Origin: Octopus vulgaris | Taxonomy: Eukaryota | Direction: 5' to 3' | Assembly (NCBI GenBank): GCA_951406725.2 | Contig: OX597835.1 | Span: 10,168,001-10,232,000 of the forward strand | DNA length: 64,000 bases | Part shown: positions 54,527 through 64,000 of the stretch, piece by piece | Numbering within the stretch: position 1 is the first letter of the stretch | How the letters are laid out: every line of letters begins with the position of its first letter | Notes under the pieces: generated by a model | The model's database searches: none | The model's input: only the letters and a program-made list of their open reading frames with translations | What the model was told of the DNA's origin: nothing | Program-made: the position numbers and the translations under genes

Positions 54527-55100
54527 TTAAAAAAGTATGGAAGACCCTACATACAAAAAAGCTTTGTCCATTTACGTCCATTTACGCAGGAGCTCTGGGT
54601 AAAATGTTATAGAGCATGACCAGATTGGATAGTGGTGCAACCTTCTGGCTTGTCAGTCCTCAGTCAAACCATCCAACCCATGCCAGCATGGAAAGCAGAC
54701 GTTAAACGATATAAATGATATATATATATATATATATATATAATAAAATATTAGGTAATAAATCCAAACTTACAGGGAAAAATCAGATTTAGGATTAGAT
54801 CCAATTTTATAGTATAAATATATTATATTATATTATATTAAATTAGAGATAAAACCACTATTAGGCAAATCAAACAATGAAAAACATAAGCCAATACATA
54901 AAATTAATTTAATTTATATTATTTTAAATATATATCAAACGTATTAAAAGTTTAATAAAAGATAAAGTATATTAATAAAAGGAATTCCAACCTTGTCTGA
55001 TTTTCACGTTTTATTTACAATCTTATAATGATATAATATAATATAATATAATATAATAAAATAAAATAAAATAATAGAATGTTAAATGTTCATTCTGATT

Positions 55101-55143
55101 GAACTAGTACTTTCATGCATTAAATTCTGCAATCTTCAGGTTC
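55101..55143 (-). ncRNA. type I hammerhead motif
   Basis: Minus strand reads GAAC CTGAAGA T TGCA GAATTTAA TGCA T GAAA GTAC TA^GTTC; palindromic AGTACT helix III. Confidence 0.65.
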
Positions 55144-55227
55144 ATGTAGTAGTGGTGACAGTCATGCTTCACAATTTTTGACTATATTATAATATAATTT
55201 AAACCTCGCCAAGATAAATATTTAAAC

Positions 55228-55291
55228 CACCTGATGAATGACTGCGACTCAAAAATTTGAAGAAGTTAGCAGGCATGAAACGATCGTAGTG
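55228..55291 (+). ncRNA. type I hammerhead motif
   Basis: CAC CTGATGA ATG.CTGC...GCAG.CAT GAAA CGATCG TA^GTG; canonical core, palindromic ACGATCGT helix III, GUA site after 55288. Confidence 0.72.
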
Positions 55292-55418
55292 TGATATTAT
55301 ATTTTTTAATAATTTTGTTATATATTTAAATAATATAAATATAATAATCTTATGTATTGGCTTAAGTTTTTCATTGTTTGATTTGCCTAATAGTGGTTTT
55401 GTCTCTAATTTAATATAA

Positions 55419-55464
<46 letters not shown>

Positions 55465-55469
55465 GTGTA

Positions 55470-55504
<35 letters not shown>

Positions 55505-56554
55505 ATTCTGTAGAGTTTTCAACAAACCAATTTCCCCCATAAGATATTGGTCAAACAAGGGTTACAGTAAAGAACATTTATTTAACGAACGAACATTGAG
55601 ATTGAACTCACGACCACACAACCCCACAAACACTCCTATATCCATTGTCCTCCTCTAAACTCCAGTAAATCAATGAGAGCTGAATCTATAATGAACATCT
55701 TATTGACAAACAGAAGTTAAAAAGAAAGAAACTCATCGCTCTTACCCTTTCTCTGTTCTACTTATTCAAAATCAATGTCTGCTTGATACGGTCCACTTAA
55801 CTTGTCGCTACTTCTCTCAGCATGTCCTACTTAGTTGACAATCAATCTGTTCTCACCTCTCCATTCTTCTCAACTCCTACTACCACGTGTTCCACACTGC
55901 TAAACCAGCGGATTTCACACATAAACCATCTTTTCTTCAAATATAGGAACTTTTCCGCACACGCCCCCTTATACACACACACACATACAGGTGTTTGTAT
56001 TTGCAAGTTGGTGAAGAACTGTTAATATCTATTTCTTTATTACCCACAAGGGGCTAAACACAGAGGGGACAAACAAGGACAGACATAGGTATTAAGTCGA
56101 TTACATCGACACCAGTGCGTAACTGGTACTTAATTTATCGAACCCGAAAGGATGAAAAGTAAAGTCGACCTCGGCGGAATTTGAACTTAGAACGCAGCGG
56201 CGGACGAAATACTGCAAAGCATTTCGCCCGGCGTGCTAACGATTCTGCCAGCTCACCGCCTCAGACACCGTTCTGTTAATATCGATGACTTTTGCAGGTT
56301 CTCTAAGGCTAAGAAGAAGGAAGCTTTATAGAGGGACCTTGTTGCAAGAATTACAACCCTGTTAGTATCACTAAAGGCATCTAGGGCAACACAGAAGGGC
56401 TTAACCAAATTATGGAGAAAGTCTACGTCCCCATAAAGAGGAACAGTCTTTCTCATGAGCTTCCACACAGTTTCCATTTCTCCAGCAAATTTCCCTTGGT
56501 AGGCCTTTAATCAACCCATAGCTGTAGTAGAAGGTTTTTATCTAAGATGCCGTG

Positions 56555-56932
56555 TACTTACTTGTACTTGTGGCGACATTCACCCTGGGCGGGTTGAGTC
56601 GGCTACTTCTACCACTCTCGAGGCAGAAGAAGTTTCGTGGGAATATGTGGATTTCAGAAGCGGTCCCCAACAATCCCGCATGTAGAGACATCCTGTTTGC
56701 TGCGGATTGTCCGCAGACGCAGGGACAGAACGACCGAGGAGCCGTCGGTTGCCGAAGCAGACACTCCGAGGATTTTCACCAGAGCCCCGTCTGCCGGGTT
56801 GTAACCCTAATACCACTCGGTGTCAGACCAATCCGCCTTGGGTGGCCCTACCAAAGTTCCCGACGGCATAGCTCTGACACTACCCGTTGCCAGCGTCCCC
56901 ACCACGGTGAGGAGGGGATAGACTTTGGGGAC
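56555..56932 (-). mobile_element. non-autonomous RTE-derived retroposon (5' UTR + 3' tail) with a 13-bp TSD
   Basis: TSD CTAAGATGCCGTG at 56542-56554 and 56932-56944; RTE/BovB-like 5' motif GAGCTATGCCGT..AGGGCCACCCAAGGCGGA; (CAAGTA)n tail. Confidence 0.8.
56880..56932 (-). ncRNA. HDV-like ribozyme candidate at the element 5' end
   Basis: ^GTCCCCA(P1) AAGT CTATCC(P2) CCTC(P3) CTCACC(L3) GTGG(P3') TGGGGAC(P1') GCTGG C AAC GGGTAG(P2'); P3 has one U-U mismatch. Confidence 0.55.
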
Positions 56933-58035
56933 TAAGATGCCGTGAAGTGGGAATAAACCCAAAACCACACAGGAGCAAAGAGAACTTGCTAACCCAGCAG
57001 CCATATCAACATCCATTCAGGAACAGGTGAGATCCTGACAAAACACTCCCATGACAAACTCTTTCCACAGACCAACGCAACCCCCTCCACTTGGGCAAAG
57101 TCCTTCAGAAGGCAAATTGAAGCAAAAGTCCCTGGTTTAAAGTGTATTTGGTGTTGTTTTTGAACAGCTGCCCTTTGAAGTCACATACTTCATGAAAAAA
57201 AAAAGGGCAGGATTATTTTTCTCATTTCTTTTTGAACTCTTCCAGTGTTTCACGTCACCCTATTCCTACCCAGTACCAAAACATTTTCCTTTCCATTGTG
57301 GTATCGGACTACGAGCATCAGCTATTTAAAATTTTCTTTTTTCAAACTACTTTTCAAGCTAAATAAACGTCTGTAATGTCATATCTCCCCAATAACGAAA
57401 GTATCAAGTAATTCTTTCACTAAAAAAACAATTATTTCAGTTGGTAATCAAAAAACTGAAACAGCAAATATTTTGCATTTCGGTTTCACACACCTGAATT
57501 CTCCGACCCTTTTTCAGGTAAATTTTTACTTCTTCTCCCGTCTTATGAAATAAAATATCAAAACTTTCAAGAAAATTCCCCAGGTCAGATTCATAACCAA
57601 TGGGAAAGAAAGAACTCAACAAAATAGCTGGACGGGTATATATATATACTCAGTGGTTAAAGCGTCGAGCTTACGATCGTGAGGTTGTGAGCTCGAATCC
57701 CGGACCGGGCTGCGTGTTGTGTTCTTGAGCAAAGCACTTTATTTCACGTTGCTCCAGTTCACTCAGCTGTAGAAATGAGTTGCGACGTCACAGGTGCCAA
57801 GCTGTATCGACCTTTGCCTTTCCCTTGGATAACACTGGTAGCGTGGAGAGGGGAGGCTGGTATGCATGGGCGACTGCTGGTCTTCCATAAACAACCTTGC
57901 CCGGACTTGTGTCTAGGAGGGTAACTTTCTAGGTACAATCTCATGGTCATTCATGACCGAAGGGGGTCAGAAAAAAAAATATATATATATATATGATAGA
58001 TCGGTAGCCACTACACACATTTTTTTTCTGTGTCC

Positions 58036-58071
58036 CTTTCTGTAGAAGAGCGTAGGCTCGAAACGTAAAAG
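58036..58071 (+). ncRNA. minimal hammerhead-like motif (core CUGUAGA)
   Basis: CTTT CTGTAGA A GAGC GTAG GCTC GAAA CG TA^AAAG. Confidence 0.55.
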
Positions 58072-58943
58072 ACTTTTTCAATTCCTGAGCGTTATACTAA
58101 TACATCTGTTTGTTTTCTACACCACCTGTCTTCGTCTTTTGTTGTTGTTTTTTTCGTGAACTCCCCCTATATATATATATAAAACCCCACTAGAATGGAA
58201 GAAAGCGCTAACATATGATATATGATCTAAGTTATACGATGTATAAAAACATGTAATATACAAATAAATATCTGTAAATATAAAACCATCCGAATTTCAT
58301 CTAATATTTCATTTCTTCTAATATATGTATATGTTTATTTATATATATATATATATATAAGCATATACATAGTTTCTTAAATGCTCGTGCATCAAACTCT
58401 TAGTCTCATGCATACATACATATTTTTATAGATCGTAATTTCTATTGCTGTAAACATAGAAATTCAAAGAAATTTAAAAGAAAACAAAACAACTGGGAGT
58501 GGTACATTCGTATCTAACCCAGATCTTTTTACCCAGGCAATAGACGACTTGTTAATGTTTACATTTTCACCTTATAGTAAAAAACGGAAACCCTAACACA
58601 GTTATAAATAAACTGATCAATTAATTTCACAATCGTTTTTTTGTTTTTTTGTTTTTTTGTTGTTTTTTTTTGTCTGCTGAAAATTCACATTTTTGGCATT
58701 TTGGGCTTCTTTTCAATTTGATCCTGCTTTGTATTTTAAACTTAGCTGGTTGCTGTTTGAAAGCAATTCATGTTATGTTTTTGTCCTACATTCGTAAATA
58801 TAAACAAAGGTATGTGTTTGGGTGTGCTCAAGTGTGCTCAGGTGTGCAGGTATACATTCCAGAATGTCGATTTATTGAACAACTTCCCCAGGCTTCCAGA
58901 TCAATTGTAACTAATTCACAAATGCCGTTATGCCATGTGCATT

Positions 58944-58999
<56 letters not shown>

Positions 59000-59382
59000 T
59001 AATAGGAGCACTCCGTCGATTGCGACGATGAGGGTCCCAGCTGATACGATCAACGGAACAGCTTGCTCGTGATGTTAACGTGCAAGTGGCTGAGCACTCC
59101 ACAGATACGTGTACCCTTAACGTAGTTCTCGAGGAGATTCAGCGTGACACACAGAATGTGACAAGGCTGGTCCTTTGAAATACAAGAGAAACAGGAAGAA
59201 AGTTGTGGTGAAAGAGTACAGCAGGGTTCACCACCACCCCCTGCCGGGAGCTTTAGGTGTTTTCGCTCAATAAACACTCACAATGCCCGGTTTCGGAATC
59301 GAAACCGCGATCCTCCGACCGCGAGTCCGCTGCCCAAACCACTGGGCCATTGCGCCTCCACATATTATATATTATATTATAT

Positions 59383-61088
59383 TATATATTAAAAGGCAAG
59401 TTGTCTATCTGTGTGTGTATGTAGTGTGAACCACTTCTACTCTTACAATTTTCAACCAAATTTCACCAAATTTGACATGAGAGCTCTCTTTAACTTAGGA
59501 CATTCTTTCTTATAAATTTTTCCTCGAAATTCCATGTCCCTAACATAAATAGATAACTCTCAATTCGCCTAGGATTTGGATTGAGCCAGTGACAAAATGT
59601 GATACACACCCAGCTGGAAAAGATCAATACTTTACTTTGTCAGCTGTGGTGAGCTCTTATCGACTGCTTGCACAGTACTGCCAGCAGTATTCATTTGCAA
59701 GTTACGATTTGCTTCCGTTTTCGCATGAGCGCTCTTTTTCATATAATTATTCCAATTTAAACTAACCACTTCAAAACTCTTACCCAAAATTAAAAATCTT
59801 TAATTCTGTCTGTTTGATTAACATTTTTGCCAACTACATTTTACTGGGGTTTTTTTGGGTGCCACACATTCACCGCATTTTCCTTAGGACTTTTTCTATT
59901 GCGTAAACTGATAATTTTCCACCATGCCTCGATGCAAAAGATCCAATATAGGTCAGCAAACAAATGCTGCGAAGAAAAGTAAACGTATGCGTGCAAATGA
60001 ATCTGCCGAGGACTCCGCCAGGATGAACTCTCTCAATGTACTTAGGATGGCTTCAGTGTGAAAAAGGGAAAGTGAGGAGCAGCGTTGTGATCGGTCAGCA
60101 CATATTGCTGCGGAACGAGCCGTCCAGAGCAACGAGCAACGTTCAGCACGCCGAACAAGAAATGCTTCCTCTACTGCTGCTGCACGATCTTCAGAGACTC
60201 CAGCACAATTTGCAGATCGACTTACAAGAGATGCTTCCTCAAGTGCTGCTGCACAACGTGCAATTCGACATACAAGAGATGCCTCCTCATCTGCTGTTGC
60301 ACGAGCTCCAGAGACTGCAGCACAACGTGCAGATCAACTTACAAGAGACGCTTCCTCAACTGCTGTTGCATGAGCTGCAGAGACTGCAGCACAACGCGGA
60401 GATCGACTTACAAGAGATGCTTCGTCAACTGTTCATGCACGAGCTCCAGAGACTGCAGCACAATGCACAGATCGACTCACAAGAGATGCTTGCAGCAACT
60501 GCTGCTGCACACGCTACGGAGACTACAGGAGAAAGACAACAACGGATGTTGCTCTATGCGGCAAACAGGAAAACATCAGGTAACCATACCCTTGTCCCCT
60601 TATTTAGTTCATTAGCGTAATCTTCACAGTGTGCTCTCCGTAAAGTGCGCCCCAATCTTGAGGTAGATACTACACTTTTTATCTTTTTTGCACAGGTCAC
60701 ACGTCAAATTTTTTGTTCAGATAATGTTGTACGTGCTACCCCTCGAAACAGCTGGTAAGCATACTCCTTCTCTTTATGCCATATCTTTAGGCTCAACCTT
60801 TCCATCTGCTAAACAGCGCATGTCAGCAGTTATGTGGTAAGGAAAAATAAACTCAATTTACTGCCAGTTTTTTACAGATCGACCTACCGTTCCAATGGAA
60901 CACAATGACAATGGTGTGTTCGTATGACTCTGCATGTTCACTATTGCACTAAATAAATCAAACAATGCAGGGAACGTCTGCCATTAGGATTTCTTTTATT
61001 CAGTTCAGAGGTGCATTCATGAATGGTCTAATAACCAAAGAGGCATACTTAACAAACAGCTCCGGGCAACGCCGGGTACGCCTGCTAG
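59383..61088 (+). mobile_element. internally deleted Helitron retaining a RepHel-like N-terminal coding segment
   Basis: 3' hairpin CCGGGCAACGCCGG followed by CTAG|T at 61085-61089; 5' boundary approximate. Confidence 0.65.
59924..60579 (+). pseudogene. Helitron N-terminal pseudo-ORF with 23-aa STPR-like repeats
   Basis: MPRCKRSNIGQQTNAAKKSKRMRANES..., then 69-bp repeats encoding ETAAQRADRLTRDASSTAVARAP; two in-frame TGA stops, a late frameshift, ends at a possible donor CAG|GTAACC. Confidence 0.65.
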
Positions 61089-61310
61089 TATATATATATA
61101 GAGAGAGAGAGCAACAAAAAATATTTTGACACAAATGAAAATTAAATGTTGAAGTGAAACTAACGGTTTTTGTGTGTTCTTGAATGGCTTACACATATCT
61201 TCCATGTTGCAATTGTATATATATATATATATACATTATCACTATGGACTCCGTGTGGGCAGTCATCTAAAAGTTTTTGTTCGTCATGATGCTGACATAA
61301 GTTCCTTGTC

Positions 61311-61391
61311 TTTCCTGATGAGAAGGCGGCATAATGCACCCTTTATTCCTTCGGAATTAAGAATATGCAGTCTTCGAAACATATGTCGAGA
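61311..61391 (+). ncRNA. type I hammerhead motif
   Basis: TTTC CTGATGA GAAGGC...GTCTTC GAAA CATATG TC^GAGA; canonical core, palindromic ACATATGT helix III, GUC site after 61387. Confidence 0.72.
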
Positions 61392-61433
61392 ATAAAGGAA
61401 TTTTGTTAAATCGTCGTTCGACTCCATTCTTTC

Positions 61434-61481
<48 letters not shown>

Positions 61482-62681
61482 AAATAGAAATGAACATCTA
61501 ATTTTTAAAGTGGAAATATTATCAGAAACCCTAACCAAAAAGCAGAAAAGCAGACAGCGGTTGTCTCTTTATAGACGAAGACCCCTTGCAATGGGAGGAG
61601 TGGAATCTCATAAGGCTGGAAAAACAATCAACAATTGGATTGTACCTTATAACAGTGCTCCGCAACTGGTATTCAAGGCGGCAAGCTGGCAAAAACGTTA
61701 GCACGCTGGGCGAAGTGCTTACCGGTAATTCGTCTGCCGTTACGTTCTGAGTTCAAATTCCGCCGAGGTCGACTTTGCCTTTCATCCTTTCGGGGTCGAT
61801 AAATTAAGTACCAGTTAAGCACTGGGGTCGATATAATCGACTTAATACCTATGTCTGTCCATGTTTGTCCCCTCTATGTTCAGCCCCTTGTGGGTAATAA
61901 AGAAATAGGTATTCAAGGCGGCGAGCTGGCAGAAACGTTAGCACGCCGGGCGAAGTGCTTAGCGGTAATTCGTCTGCCGTTACGTTCTGAGTTCAAATTC
62001 CGCCGTGGTTAATCCGTTTGTCTGTTCTTGTTTGTCCCCTCTGTGTTTGGCCCCTTGTGGGTAGTAAAGAAATAGGTATTTCGTCTGTTGTTATGTTCTG
62101 AGTTCAAATTCCACCGAGTTCGACTTTGCCTTTCATCCTTTCGGGGTCGATAAATTAAGCACCAGTTACGCACTGGGGTCGATATAATCGATAAACGATT
62201 TAATCCGTTTGTCTGTTCTTGTTTGTCCCCTCTGTGTTTAGCCCTTTGTGGGTAGTAAAGAAATAGGTATTCCATGGCACACTGGTGTAATGTGAACATC
62301 CTTTTTTCTCTATACATTTAGTTTATATCTTTAGTTCAGGTGTACTACTAAGTTTTGCCTTATAATGAAACTCTTTTAAGGACATCCGTCGCTGTAACGT
62401 TGAAATCGATGCCTCAGTGAGGTCAGCTAAATATGCCATCAAGTACACACTGAAAAGAAATGACCAAGCTGTTGTTTAAATAAACTATGATTACGAAATT
62501 AGTCAATATCTAATCAGTTGGTACATTGGACCAGCCGAAGCAGTTGCAGCTATTTTAGGATTGTCACTTCCTGAAAGAGCAACTGCAATAATGAAACAGA
62601 AAGTTCATCTTCCAGATGAACGAAGAATTTGGCTCAGAAATGATGAGGATAAATATGGGTGTCAGTGAAAGACATATACTT

Positions 62682-62907
62682 TACTTACTTTTTACTCTTT
62701 TACTTGTTTCAGTCATTTGACTGCGGCCATGCTGGAGCACCGCCTGTAGTCGAGCAAATCGACTCCGGGACTTATTCTTTTGTAAGCCCAGTACTTATTC
62801 TATCGGTCTCTTTTTGCCGAACTGCTAAGTGACGGGGACGTAAACACACCAGCATCGGTTGTCAAGCAATGCTAGGGGGACAAACACAGACACACAAACA
62901 CACACAC

Positions 62908-62964
<57 letters not shown>

Positions 62965-63134
62965 CATACATACATACAACAGGTTTCTTTCAGTTTCCGT
63001 CTACCAAATCCACTCACAAGGCTTTGGTCGGCCCGAGGCTATAGTAGAAGACACTTGCCCAAGATGCCACGCAGTGGGACTGAACCTGGAACCATGTGGT
63101 TCGTTAGCAAGCTACTTACCACACAGTCACTCCT
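62682..63134 (-). mobile_element. SINE family A copy nested in the Helitron relic
   Basis: Near-identical to 33009-33475. Confidence 0.85.
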
Positions 63135-63176
63135 GAGACGAAATTGACGAAATTCTTTTCATTGCGTGTCAATGAT

Positions 63177-63541
63177 GAAAAACGCCGCCGCCGTGGTGAT
63201 CTCATTCTCGCCCACAACATCATAAGCGGTAAGTGTAACCTCTCGAAAGAGCTGTTCTTCACTCCTGCTCCAGAGCGTCAGCTGCGGGGTCATTCCGAAA
63301 AGCTTTACCTGCGACGATTTCATCTAAATCGAAGGAGAGGAGCTTTCTCCGTCCGGGTTGCGGATTCGTGGAACAAGCTGCCAGAGGAGATGGTGAAGAT
63401 GCCTACGACCGCTTTGTTCAAAGCCTCCCTTGACCTCAAGTGGCCTGAACTCTTTACATGAACACCACCCTGTACTTAACTCCATGTCCCCCTACATGGC
63501 CTTGCTATTTGCTTTTGAGCCAAATTAAGTAACTAACTAAC
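63177..63541 (+). mobile_element. 5'-truncated CR1-group LINE 3' end
   Basis: RRRRGDLI..RGHSEKL..FSVRVADSWNKLP..FKASLD C-terminal motifs, (TAAC)n tail, ATGAA repeated at 63175 and 63542. Confidence 0.8.
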
Positions 63542-64000
63542 ATGAATTTGCAGAAACATTACTTTGTGCTGAAGTACCCCATGTCTTTCACTTGGAATGG
63601 TAGGAACAAAGAATGGCAAAGAAGCAACCGAGGAAGAAAAAGTTGAAGGCCATTTGAACGGTTTTCAAAGAAGAAACATTCGGTCATGTTTATGTTGTCA
63701 AACCAAAGGTAGAACTGTATTATTTAAGAATTTTATTCCATCAAATACGAAATAGTATTTTTTTTTCCTTTGCTTTGACATTTTCAACTTGGAGTTGACT
63801 TGTTGTGACCCAGCGAGTCACGGGTACATATAATATACATACAAAAATGTGCGTGTACGTACGTACGTACATGCATACATACATACATGCATACATACAT
63901 ACATACATACATACATACATGCATACATACATGCATACATACGTACATGCATGCATACATACATACATACATACATACATACGTACATGCATGCATACAT

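Larger units (their letters stand above)
61510..63750 (+). pseudogene. fragmented Helitron Rep (HUH-Y2) relic split by nested insertions
   Basis: LYRRR..GG..INNWIVPYN (61570-61670); VLPYN..NVEIDASVRSAKYAIKY..EISQYL..YIGPAEAV..VHLPDE (62352-62630); TKLTKFFSL.VND (63138-63176); EFAETLL.AEVP..WN..GHVYVVKP..ELYYLRILF (63544-63750). Confidence 0.75.

Noticed and set aside
55846-55925. Possible first FAHD2 exon (MCEIRWFSSVEHVVVGVEKNGE|GTGAGA)
   Set aside because: Weak resemblance, and its phase-0 donor is incompatible with the phase-2 acceptor at 51229
56253-56540. 74-aa minus-strand ORF / possible LINE remnant on the plus strand
   Set aside because: No recognisable motif or splice support
60036-60620. 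194-aa Leu/Gln/His-rich repeat ORF as a host gene
   Set aside because: Largely the off-frame reading of the Helitron STPR-like repeats

Overview
This is AT-rich, microsatellite-saturated eukaryotic DNA. Its SINE repertoire (tRNA-headed, Nin-domain and RTE-tailed SINEs) suggests an octopus or other coleoid cephalopod (inference). One host gene was found: six spliced minus-strand coding exons of a fumarylacetoacetate-hydrolase-domain protein 2 (FAHD2) spread over about 31 kb (51229->20099); the first coding exon was not found. Mobile elements include a 5'-truncated but otherwise uninterrupted R4/Dong-type RT + restriction-like-endonuclease retrotransposon sitting in a (TAA)n microsatellite, a decayed DD37D/maT-like transposon, Helitrons (non-autonomous copies, a copy with STPR-like repeats and a nested RepHel relic), a CR1 3' end and many SINEs. 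The main hidden signal is in non-coding DNA: about 15 dispersed type I hammerhead-ribozyme motifs from many unrelated sequence families. Most have the palindromic minimal helix III typical of Penelope-like elements, some carry core variants (U3-A8, C4, U6), and they sit in inverted repeats, TSD-flanked foldbacks and (TA)n tracts. There is also a TSD-bounded ~377-bp RTE-derived element whose 5' end coincides with the predicted cleavage site of an HDV-like ribozyme fold. All ribozyme calls were folded by hand and are untested. Most ORFs in the supplied track are microsatellite or SINE artefacts.
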